From Thermoanaerobaculia bacterium (GTDB lineage Bacteria > Acidobacteriota > Thermoanaerobaculia > Multivoradales > JAIOJS01), in the NCBI GenBank assembly GCA_963806095.1, contig CAWDWV010000002.1, forward strand, positions 1,453,949 to 1,517,948: a DNA stretch of 64,000 nt, read 5' to 3'. The translations under genes were made by a program, and so were the position numbers. Positions 10,589 to 19,124 of this stretch are shown piece by piece; within the stretch, counting starts at the first letter, position 1, and every line of letters begins with the position of its first letter. The notes under the pieces were generated by a model. It made no database searches, was not told the DNA's origin, and was given only the letters and a program-made list of their open reading frames with translations.

Positions 10589-12799
10589 GTGCGGGGGTCC
10601 TCGACGATGACGGGCGCGAAAGCGTCGGCGGCGGAGGGAGCGGCGGCGACGCGCGAACCGTCGAACGGTGGGCGGGCGTGGTCGTGGGCCGTGGGCTGGC
10701 GGTTGGTGGTAGCCGCTCTGCTGGTGGTGCCGGTGGAGCGGGCGCCGGCTGCCGTGCAGGCGCTGGTCTTGGTGGCGTTCGTCGCCGCCGTGGCGTTGAT
10801 CGGCGACGCGTTGGCGGGGTCGCTGGTCGGTGGGATCGCGGGTCGTGATCGGCGGTTTGCGGCGGCCGTCCTGGGGATCGCGGCTAGCGTGGTTCTCGGC
10901 GACGTGATCGGACACCTCGGTGTCTTGACTGGTGCGTGGTTCCGGGGCGTGCTCGCCGCGTTCGTGGTCGCTTCCGGTGTCGCGGTCGGACCCGGACGCG
11001 AAGGCGGAGCGGAGCCCCAGGCCCGCTGGCTGCGAAGGGAGTTGCGGGCACCGCTGCGTTGGCGGCGCGTGCAGCGGCTGGTGTTGTGGACCGCGGTGCT
11101 GTTGGTGGCCGTCGTGTTCCTGCGGACGGTGATTCGGTATCGGTACGTGCCGCCGGGGCGGTTCAGTTACGACGACACCTCGTATCACCTGACGGCGGTG
11201 GCGACTTGGAACGTGCACCATGACTTGCGGATGCCGCGGTTCACGTTCGGTGACCCACGCACGTCGTTCTATCCGTTTGCGTCCGAGCTGTTGGCGTGGG
11301 AGCTGACGACGCCGTTCGCGGGTGGAGACTTCGCGGCGCGGTGGGTGGAGCTGCCGTTCGCGTTGCTGACGTTGGTCGGCGTGGCGGTGGTGGCGCGGCG
11401 CGTGGGAGCGGGGGAGGCGGCGCTGCTCGGGCCGCTGTTGTACGCGACGGTGAGCGAGGCGTGGCCGACGATGGCGCTCACCGCGGGCAACGATCACGCG
11501 CTGGCCTTCGCGGCGGTGGCCACCGTGCACGGTGCGTTGTTGCTGCGCGAACGGCCGCGCGCGGGGACGGGGGTGTACGCCGGGGCCGGGCTCGGGCTGT
11601 TGGTCGCTACGAAGTACCTCGGGGTCATCTACGCGCCGCTGGTGGCGCTGGTCGTCGTGCTGGCGGTGGTGTTTTCGCGGCGGAAGGAGCCGGCCGTCGG
11701 CGACGACGCGCGGCAGGCGAGACGGAGGCGCTTCGCGGCGCTGCTGGCGGTAGCGGTCGCCGCATCGGTGGTGGGCGGCTACGCCTACCTGCGCAACGCG
11801 GTCACCACCGGGAACCCGATCTTTCCCGTGTCGCTGCGCGTGGGCGGCTGGTCGTTGCCGGGGTGGGCGGACGTGGCGCCGGAAGCTTGGGCCAAGAGCG
11901 GCGAGCCCGGCTTCGATCCCTGGCTGTTCCCGTGGGCGATGGTCGAGCGGTTCGGGCGGCTCTTCCGCTTCACGTTGTTGCCGGCGGCGTTGCTGGCGCC
12001 GCTCGCAGCGCTGTGGCTCGCCCCGGCGCGGCGGCGACTGCTGTATGCGACGCTGTTTGCGGTGCCGCTCGGGACGTACCTGTTGTTCGTGCGTTTGGTC
12101 GAGGACCACCGCGGCGTCCGCTACCTGCTGCCGGGGCTGGCGATCGCCGCCGTGGCGGCGGCATGGCTGGTGTCACGGCTGCCGCCTCGCGCCCGAGTCG
12201 TCCTGAGCGCCGGGCTCGCTGCGTTGGCGGCGGCGCCATGGGTCGTCGATCTGCCCGAGACGCTTCTCGTGCTGCCGTTCGCGGCGCTGGGTGTGTGGTG
12301 GCTGCGCCGCCGGAGGCTGGGCGGTGAGCTGCCCTCGGCCTGGCAGCTCGCCGCCGTGGTCGCCGGGGGTCTCGCGGTGACGACGCTCGCGCCGGGGACG
12401 CTGCGGCGCTATGAGGAGCAGCGCTACCGCTATCTGCCGGCGGCCGCGGCGCTCGAGCTGCTGGCCGGGCCGGGGCCGGTGCGGGTCGCCTACGCCGGTG
12501 GCAATCAGCCTTACCTCTTCGCTGGGCGACGGCTGCGGAACGCGCTGTTCATGCCCACCGAGGCGCTTACGACTGCGGCGACCTTCTACCGCTGGCGTGG
12601 ACCGCTGGACGCTCCACCGGCGCGCCGGCCGCGGCACGCCTGGGAACGCAATCTCGCGCGGCTGGGCATCGAGTGGGTGGTCTGGGAGTCGATCGGCAGC
12701 GGCATCCGCCCCGAGCGCGAGTGGATGCTGCGCTCGCCGCGGCGATTCTCGCGCGAGTACTTCGACCACCGCGCGGAGATCTGGCGGGTGCGGCGCTGA
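10589..12799 (+). CDS. Polytopic membrane glycosyltransferase-like protein (GT-C fold candidate), paralog 1
   Basis: Intact 736-codon ORF. It has many hydrophobic helices, an acidic loop motif 'YDDTSYHLTA', 'LLVATKYLG', and a soluble C-terminal domain. It aligns along its length with the next gene. The start is ambiguous (GTG 10589 or ATG 10607). Confidence 0.65.
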   Translation: MRGSSTMTGAKASAAEGAAATREPSNGGRAWSWAVGWRLVVAALLVVPVERAPAAVQALVLVAFVAAVALIGDALAGSLVGGIAGRDRRFAAAVLGIAASVVLGDVIGHLGVLTGAWFRGVLAAFVVASGVAVGPGREGGAEPQARWLRRELRAPLRWRRVQRLVLWTAVLLVAVVFLRTVIRYRYVPPGRFSYDDTSYHLTAVATWNVHHDLRMPRFTFGDPRTSFYPFASELLAWELTTPFAGGDFAARWVELPFALLTLVGVAVVARRVGAGEAALLGPLLYATVSEAWPTMALTAGNDHALAFAAVATVHGALLLRERPRAGTGVYAGAGLGLLVATKYLGVIYAPLVALVVVLAVVFSRRKEPAVGDDARQARRRRFAALLAVAVAASVVGGYAYLRNAVTTGNPIFPVSLRVGGWSLPGWADVAPEAWAKSGEPGFDPWLFPWAMVERFGRLFRFTLLPAALLAPLAALWLAPARRRLLYATLFAVPLGTYLLFVRLVEDHRGVRYLLPGLAIAAVAAAWLVSRLPPRARVVLSAGLAALAAAPWVVDLPETLLVLPFAALGVWWLRRRRLGGELPSAWQLAAVVAGGLAVTTLAPGTLRRYEEQRYRYLPAAAALELLAGPGPVRVAYAGGNQPYLFAGRRLRNALFMPTEALTTAATFYRWRGPLDAPPARRPRHAWERNLARLGIEWVVWESIGSGIRPEREWMLRSPRRFSREYFDHRAEIWRVRR

Positions 12800-14955
12800 G
12801 CTCTCCGGCGGCGACGGAGCCCGCCCGGTGGCAGCACCGAAGGGTCGCCGCTGCGGCAGTGGTTGCGCTCGTTCTCGGCGCGGTGACCGCGCCGCCCGGC
12901 CGCCTGCTGCAGGCGGGCGTGCTGCTGGCGCTGTCGTACGGCCTGTGGCAGGTCGGCACGGCGATCGTGGGAGCGCTGGGCCTGGGACTGCCACCGCTCT
13001 CGCGGTTCGTCGCTGCGTTCAGCTTCGCGGTCGCGTTCGGGAGCGTTGCCGCAACGCTGCTGGGTCATGCGGGCGCGCTGCGGCCGACGCCGTTCCTGCT
13101 CGTCGTCGCCGCGTCGGCGCTCGCAGTGTCGTGGCTGCCGGAACGGTCGATGCGGGAGGCGGAGGCGGAGTCGCGCGACGCCGAGTCGCTGGACGCGGAA
13201 GCGTCGCGCGGTCGCGGTCTTGCCGCACGCGTGGAAACGGTGGCCGCCGTCGCAACTGGCGGCGCGCTGGCGCTCGGCTACCTGGTGGAGGCGCTCCGCC
13301 GCTTCGCGCTGCCGCTGCACGGCGGGCCCGACGACCTCTCCTACCACCTGTCGGCCATCGCCGTGTGGCAGCGCTGGGGCGACCTGCGGATGCTCAAGTT
13401 CTCGATGGGGGACTGGGGCACCGCGTTCTACCCCATCCTGCCGGAGGTCTCGAGCTGGATGCTCCTCACCCCGTTTCGCGACAGCGACGTAGCGGCGCGG
13501 TGGAGCGAGCTGCCCTTCGCCATTGCCTCGCTGGTCGCGGTGGCGGCGGTGGCGAGACGGTTGGGCGTCGGGCGGCGGGCGGCGCTGCTCGCGGCGGCGC
13601 TCTACGGCGTCCTGCGGCCCGTCGCGTCGTTGGCTTTCGCCGCCGGCAACGACCACGTCACGGCCTTCTTCACCCTCGCCGCGCTCGACGCCGCCCTCGC
13701 CTGCATGGAGCGGTCGCGGCTGGGGCGCTTCGCCTACCTCGGTACGTCGCTGGGGTTGTTGGTGGCATCGAAGTATCTGGGGATCTTCAACGCGGTCACC
13801 GTGCTCCTGCTTTTCGTGGCGGCGCTGGCACTACGTCGGCGGCGGGAGAGCGACGCCGGCGGCGGCCGTCTGCGGCCGGTTTTCGCGCTTGCGGTGCTGC
13901 TCGGTACGATCGCGCTCGCCGGCGGCTACACCTACCTGCGCAACTGGGCGAGCACGGGCAATCCGCTCTACCCGCAACCGGTGCGCGTCGGCGGTCTCGA
14001 GCTCTTCGCGGGCCGGGAGGAGCTCAGCCTGGGCGTCCGCGGCGGCGACGAGCAGCTCGACCTCTGGGAGCTCCTCGCCGGTCCGGACAACGCCTTCGCC
14101 GCTTTCTTCCCCTTCACGCTGCTGCCGGCGGCGCTGCTCTCGCCGCTGCTGGCGGCGTGGCGCCGCCGGTGGCTCGCGGCTGCGGTGCTGGTGTTGCCGG
14201 CGGTGTTCTTCCTCGAGTACCTCCACCTCGTTTGGGACCACAGCAGCATCCGCTTCGTCTTTGCCGGTGTCGCGCTCGGCGGCGTCGCATTCGTCTGGCT
14301 CACCGAACAGCTCGGCGCGTTCGGGACTTGGCTGCGAGTGGTCACCTTCGCGGTCGTGCTGCTGCGCTACACACGCTGGCTGGAGGTGCGCGGCGAGTGG
14401 GAGCTGCTCGCGGCGCTGGCGCTCGTCGGGTGTGCCGCTCTCGGTTGCTGGACTTGGCCGCTCTGGCGCGGCGCTGCGCTCGCATCAGCGAGGCCGTTGC
14501 TCGCGTTGGCGGCCATCGGCGCCACCCTGGCCGTCGGCTGCAACGTCGAGCGCTACCAGCGCGTCAAGCTCGCCGGCTCGCCGGCGGCGCAGGCCCTCGA
14601 ACGGCTGACCGCGGCGCGCGGCGCCACGGTCGGCTACGTCGGCCTCAATCAGCCCTACCTGTTCTTCGGCAGCCGGCTGCAGAACGACGTGCGCATCGTG
14701 CCGCGCTCGTTCAACCTGCGCGCCGAGCACTACCGCTGGGGCGGGCAGCCGGAGCGCCCGTTTCCGCGCGGCACCTATCGACGCTGGTTAGGCGTGGTGC
14801 AGCAGCTCGGCGTGCAATACGTCGTCGTCGTCCGCTCGGCCGACGAGGATCCCGAGCGCGCCTGGATGGCGAACCACTGGGAGCGCTTCCGCCGCGTCCA
14901 CGTCGACGAGACGACGGAGGTTTGGAAGCTGTTGCCGGCCGCGCGCCGGCGGTAG
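12673..14955 (+). CDS. Polytopic membrane glycosyltransferase-like protein (GT-C fold candidate), paralog 2
   Basis: Intact ORF. 'PDDLSYHLSA', 'AGNDHVTAFF' and 'LLVASKYLG' mirror paralog 1 ('AGNDHALAFA'). The true start is probably near 12800-12850, just after the paralog-1 stop at 12797-12799. The last 34 codons are duplicated downstream. Confidence 0.65.
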   Translation: MGGLGVDRQRHPPRARVDAALAAAILARVLRPPRGDLAGAALSSPAATEPARWQHRRVAAAAVVALVLGAVTAPPGRLLQAGVLLALSYGLWQVGTAIVGALGLGLPPLSRFVAAFSFAVAFGSVAATLLGHAGALRPTPFLLVVAASALAVSWLPERSMREAEAESRDAESLDAEASRGRGLAARVETVAAVATGGALALGYLVEALRRFALPLHGGPDDLSYHLSAIAVWQRWGDLRMLKFSMGDWGTAFYPILPEVSSWMLLTPFRDSDVAARWSELPFAIASLVAVAAVARRLGVGRRAALLAAALYGVLRPVASLAFAAGNDHVTAFFTLAALDAALACMERSRLGRFAYLGTSLGLLVASKYLGIFNAVTVLLLFVAALALRRRRESDAGGGRLRPVFALAVLLGTIALAGGYTYLRNWASTGNPLYPQPVRVGGLELFAGREELSLGVRGGDEQLDLWELLAGPDNAFAAFFPFTLLPAALLSPLLAAWRRRWLAAAVLVLPAVFFLEYLHLVWDHSSIRFVFAGVALGGVAFVWLTEQLGAFGTWLRVVTFAVVLLRYTRWLEVRGEWELLAALALVGCAALGCWTWPLWRGAALASARPLLALAAIGATLAVGCNVERYQRVKLAGSPAAQALERLTAARGATVGYVGLNQPYLFFGSRLQNDVRIVPRSFNLRAEHYRWGGQPERPFPRGTYRRWLGVVQQLGVQYVVVVRSADEDPERAWMANHWERFRRVHVDETTEVWKLLPAARRR

Positions 14956-15158
14956 GGCGGCCTCCGCGGCCGCCGTCTTTCGACGCGTCGGCGGCCGCCG
15001 AGGATCCCGAGCGCGCCTGGATGGCGAACCACTGGGAGCGCTTCCGCCGCGTCCACGTCGACGAGACGACGGAGGTTTGGAAGCTGTTGCCGGCCGCGCG
15101 CCGGCGGTAGGGCGGCCTCCGCGGCCGCCGTCTTTCGACGCGTCGGCGGCCGCCGAGG
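14844..15158. repeat. Perfect tandem duplication, 155-bp unit x2 plus a 5-bp partial third copy
   Basis: 14846-15000 is identical base for base to 15001-15155. The junctions carry the same pentamer CGAGG at 14844-14848, 14999-15003 and 15154-15158. The unit contains the last 34 codons and stop of the GT-C paralog-2 gene plus the left arm of the terminator palindrome. Confidence 0.95.
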
Positions 15159-15167
15159 CCGCCCTAC
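15107..15167. terminator. Long imperfect palindrome (REP-like) between convergent genes; probable bidirectional terminator
   Basis: Left arm GTAGGGCGGCCTCCGCGGCCGCCG, 13-nt loop, right arm CGGCGGCCGCCGAGGCCGCCCTAC. The stem is 24 bp with one mismatch. It is complete only in the second copy of the duplication and overlaps the TAG of the ALDH gene at 15164-15166. Confidence 0.6.
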
Positions 15168-16721
15168 AGCTCGAACTCGACGCCTTGAGCGAGCGGCAGC
15201 GCCGTGCCCCAGTTGATGGTGCAGGTCTGCCGCCGCATGTAGGCCTTCCACGAGTCCGAGCCCGCCTCGCGGCCGCCGCCGGTCTCCTTCTCGCCGCCGA
15301 AGGCGCCGCCGATCTCGGCGCCGGAGGTGCCGATGTTGACGTTGGCGATGCCGCAGTCGCTGCCGGTGGAGGCCAGGAAGCGCTCGGCGTAGCGCAGGTT
15401 CAAGGTGAAGATCGCCGAGGAGAGCCCCTGCGGCACGGCGTTGTGGATCTCGATCGCCTCGTCGAGGGTCTCGAACTCCTGCACGTAGAGGATGGGCGCG
15501 AAGGTCTCTTCGCAGGTGATCTTCATCCGCCCGTGCGCCTCGACCAGCGTCGGCTGCACGAAGAAGCCGGGGCCGTCGACGGTGTTGCCGCCGTAGAGCA
15601 CGCGGCCGCCCTCCTGGCGCACCCGCTCGAGCGCGGCGCGCATCTTGTCGACGGCGGCGCGGTTGACGAGCGGGCCCATCAGCGTGCCGGGCGCGAGCGG
15701 GTCGCCGATGCGGATCGAGCCGAAGGCGGCGACCAGGCGGCGCTTCATCTCCTCGGCGATTCCCTTCTGCAGGAAGAGGCGCCGGCAGGTGGTGCAGCGC
15801 TGGCCGGCGGTGCCGACGGCGGCGAACAGCACGGCGCGCAGCGCCAGGTCGAGGTCGGCGTCGTTCATCACCACGATGCCGTTGTTGCCGCCCAGCTCGA
15901 GCAGCGTGCGGCCGAGCCGCTGCGCCACCAGGGTGCCGATGCGGCGCCCCATCGCCACCGAGCCGGTGGCCGAGATGAGCGGGAAGCGGGGGTCGCGCAC
16001 CATGCGCTCCGCCACCTCCTCGACCGGTCCGAGGATCATGTTGAAGATCGGCGGCGCGCTGTTGTCCTCCAGCACCTCGTGGGCGATGCGGGTGACGGCG
16101 AGCGCCGACAGCGGCGCCTCGGGCGACGGCTTCCACAGCATCGAGTCGCCGCACACGGCGGCCACCATGGCGTTCCACGCCCACACCGCGACGGGGAAGT
16201 TGAAGGCGGTGACGATGCCCACCGGGCCGAGCGGCAGCCACTGCTCGTACATGCGGTGCTGCGGCCGCTCGGAGTGCATCGACTCCCCGTAGAGCTGGCG
16301 CGACATGCCGACGGCGAGGTCGGCCATGTCGATCATCTCCTGCACCTCGCCGAGCCCCTCGGAGAGCACCTTGCCCACTTCCAGGCAGACGAGCTTTCCG
16401 AGTGCACGTCCTGTGGTCGCGCAGACGGTCGCCGAGCTGGCGCACCACCTCGCCGCGCTTGGGTGCCGGCCAGGTGCGCCACTCGTGGAAGGCTTCGACG
16501 GTGCGCTCGGCGCAGCGCTGGTAGTCGTCGGGGCCGGCCATGCGGACGCCGGCGATGGGCTCGCCGGTGGCGGGGTTGATCGACTCGACGAGCGCTCCCG
16601 AGGTGGGCAGCCAGGCGCCGGCGAAGGCGCCGGGGTTCTCGCGCTCGAGGCCGAGCGAGGCAAGCAGCTCCGGGACCTCGGCGGCGGCCGGACGTGGATC
16701 GGAGACGGTATCGAGCGTCAT
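15164..16721 (-). CDS. ALDH7-type aldehyde dehydrogenase (alpha-aminoadipic semialdehyde / piperideine-6-carboxylate dehydrogenase); one frameshift near 16400
   Basis: The N-terminus 'MTLDTVSDP...SINPATGEPIAGVRMAGPDDYQRCAE' sits in the frame of ORF 14775..16949 (ATG 16721, GGAG upstream). The rest sits in ORF 15164..16663, with 'ELGGNN', 'GTAGQRCTT' (catalytic Cys) and the ALDH7-like tail 'EIGGAFGGEKETGGGREAGSDSWKAYMRRQTCTINW'. Confidence 0.85.
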
Positions 16722-16927
16722 CGCAGCGATCTCCTGGAGATGGGTGTGGGGCCGGCCGCGGAAGGGTGCTCCGGTGTCCGGGTGACGAGCCAGGCCGGCC
16801 GGCAAGGATACCGCACCGGCACCCTCCTCGGCCACGGCCCCGGGGCCGCCGTCGCGCCGGGCGCGGGGCCTGGGCGGCCGCTGGCCGAGCGGGGACACCC
16901 TCGCCCACGACCGTATGATGCCGCCTC

Positions 16928-18958
16928 GTGCGGAAGTCCTTGCCGGCATTCATTCCCGCCACGTTCTTGGCCCTCTTCGGCGGCTGGTGCGGCACCTTCT
17001 ACTACGGCGCCTCGGCGCCGGCCGTCGTCGTCGGCCACCTGCTGCTGTTGGCGGCGGCGGCGTGGGCCTGGCGTGGCTGGGACCCCCTGTGCCTGGGCCC
17101 GCGGGCGAAGGCGCTGGTGCCGCTGCTGTGGCTGTGGCTGGTGCTGGCGATGCGCGCCTCGCCGGTGCCGCGCGCCGGATGGCTGGCGGTGGCCCTGCTG
17201 CCGGCGTTCCTGGCCCTGCCGGCGGCGGTGGCACGGTGCTGGGTCACTCCCGAGGCGCGCCGCCGAGGCGCCCTGGCAGTGGCGATGGTCGCCGGCGCGG
17301 TCGGCGTCCTCGCACTCGCCGGCGCGCTGTGGCAGGGGAGCCCGCGCGCCGCCCAGCCCCTCGGCAACGCCGTGGCCCTCGGCGCCTTCCTCGCGATGGT
17401 CACCCCGCTGGCGCTGGCGGCGGTGGTGGAGGAGCGCGGCCGGTGGCGCCGGGCCGCGGCTGCCGCGCTCGCCCTCGCGCTCCTTGGCTTGCTGGCCACC
17501 AAGTCGGTGGCTGCCCTGGCTGCGCTGGTCGTCGGCGCCGTGGTGGCGCTGCCGCGCGGCCGGCGGCGCTGGCTGCTGGTGCCGCTGCTCGCCGGTCTCG
17601 TGCTGCTCGGGCCGCGGCTGGTTCGCATCGCCACGGGCAGGGACGCGTCGGTGCACGCCCGCACGAGCTACTGGGGCGGCGGTCTGCGCGGCATCGCCGC
17701 GCGGCCGCTCTTCGGCTGGGGCCCCGGCGGCACGGCGTGGACGTTGGCGCCGCACGTGGCACCGCGCCCGGGAGCCAACCCGCCGGGCGAGGTGCACGCC
17801 GACCTGCACAGCTTGCCGTTGCAGCTCGCCTACGAGCTCGGCCTGCCCGGCCTCGGCGCCGCCGGTGCGCTCGCCATCGCCTTCGTGCTGGCCAGGTGGC
17901 GCGAAGGCTCGCTGCCCGGCGCGGCGGCGCTGCGGCGCGGCGGCCTCGGCGGCCTGGCCGCCGGAGCGACGGCGCTCGCCGCGGGCCCGACGCTGGCTAC
18001 CACGGCGCCCTGGGTGGCGTTGGCGGTCGCGGCAGGGGCGACCCTCGCCGGCGGTCAGGGAGCGGTGACGTCATTGGTGTCCGAACGCCGCCGCGCTCCG
18101 CCCGTCGGTTGGCTCTATGCCGCCGTCGCCCTCCTGCTGCTCGCGCCGCTCGATGCCGCTCTCGCCTGCTACGACGCGGCGCGCCGGGCGCCGGCAGCGC
18201 GGGCACGCTCGTGGATCGCTCTCGCGGTCGAGCTCGATCCCGAGATGCCGCTCTACCACGCGCGGTTGGGCTGGCTGGCTCCCGATGCGTCGCGCCGGCG
18301 GCTGGAGCTCGCCCGCGCCGCCGACGGCGCGCCCGGAGTGGCGGCGCTGCAGCTCGCGGCGGGCTGGTCGGCGCAGGTCGCCGGCCAGGGGGGCGAGAGC
18401 TACCTGGCGCGGGCGTGCGAGGCCGACCCGCTGCTCGGCGTCCCCCCCTTCCTGCTCGCCTTCGCACAGCCGGAGTCGCCGCGGGCGGCGCGGCTCGCGG
18501 CGCGGGCCGTCCTCGCCGACCCGCCGCTGCTCGCCGCGATCGAATTCGAGCGACGCCCGGAGCCCCGAGCGGCCGCGGTCGCCGGCCCGCCGCCGCTCGC
18601 GGTGATCGACTTCGAAGGATCCCCGCAGGTCCGTGCCGCGGTGATCGAGAAGGTGGCGCGCTGGGAGGGCGTCGACGCCGGACTCCGCCAGGCGATCGTG
18701 GACGCGGGCGCCACCTTGTCGTGGCTGCGCACCAACCCGATCGGGCGCCGCGAAGTCACCATCGACGCCGACCCCAGCACGTCTACCTCGCTCTTCGCCT
18801 TCCGCCGTCTCCCCTGGCCGCAGACGCTCGGCTTCGTGGCCGTGCGAACCCGGGAGGCGAAGGCGCTCTCCGAGATCAGCGGCGCGGGGTGGCTGCGCAC
18901 GACGCGCCGCGACGCGCTGCCGCGGCCGTGCCTGGAGCCGGCGGCGGCGGTCCGCTGA
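16928..18958 (+). CDS. O-antigen ligase/polymerase-like (Wzy_C-type) polytopic membrane protein with soluble C-terminal extension
   Basis: Intact 676-codon ORF with a GTG start. The N-terminal ~400 aa contain about 10 hydrophobic helices. The loop 'GEVHADLHSLPLQLAYELGLPGLG' resembles the Wzy_C/O-antigen-ligase signature. The C-terminal ~270 aa are helical and Ala/Arg-rich. Confidence 0.6.
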   Translation: MRKSLPAFIPATFLALFGGWCGTFYYGASAPAVVVGHLLLLAAAAWAWRGWDPLCLGPRAKALVPLLWLWLVLAMRASPVPRAGWLAVALLPAFLALPAAVARCWVTPEARRRGALAVAMVAGAVGVLALAGALWQGSPRAAQPLGNAVALGAFLAMVTPLALAAVVEERGRWRRAAAAALALALLGLLATKSVAALAALVVGAVVALPRGRRRWLLVPLLAGLVLLGPRLVRIATGRDASVHARTSYWGGGLRGIAARPLFGWGPGGTAWTLAPHVAPRPGANPPGEVHADLHSLPLQLAYELGLPGLGAAGALAIAFVLARWREGSLPGAAALRRGGLGGLAAGATALAAGPTLATTAPWVALAVAAGATLAGGQGAVTSLVSERRRAPPVGWLYAAVALLLLAPLDAALACYDAARRAPAARARSWIALAVELDPEMPLYHARLGWLAPDASRRRLELARAADGAPGVAALQLAAGWSAQVAGQGGESYLARACEADPLLGVPPFLLAFAQPESPRAARLAARAVLADPPLLAAIEFERRPEPRAAAVAGPPPLAVIDFEGSPQVRAAVIEKVARWEGVDAGLRQAIVDAGATLSWLRTNPIGRREVTIDADPSTSTSLFAFRRLPWPQTLGFVAVRTREAKALSEISGAGWLRTTRRDALPRPCLEPAAAVR

Positions 18959-19124
18959 AGCGGTAGCGAGGAATCCGCAGCAACTGCGGAGAAGGCTGCG
19001 GAAAAGTGGCCTCGCGAGCGACCGCGGCCTCGCAGTGACGGCCTTCGCGCACGCTTTGCACACGCTCTTGTGCGTGTATTGCTAAGTCATTGCAGCGACG
19101 GAGCTAACACGTTGCTGATGGCCC

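Noticed and set aside
12411-15110. The 899-aa ORF overlapping GT-C paralog 2 and extending through the duplication.
   Set aside because: It is off-frame relative to the membrane-protein text. Its product is Arg/Ala/Gly-rich junk, except for the last 35 aa, which are simply the duplicated gene end.
14844-15158. The tandem repeat read as a CRISPR array or minisatellite.
   Set aside because: There are only two full identical 155-bp units, with no spacers. The unit is a copy of coding sequence plus a terminator arm. No cas genes are in the window.
18959-19124. A slightly AT-richer convergent intergenic region with small hairpins (TCCGCAG-CAA-CTGCGGA; ACACGC..GCGTGT), considered as a possible sRNA.
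   Set aside because: Small terminator hairpins between convergent genes explain it. There is no promoter-like element and I cannot assess conservation.
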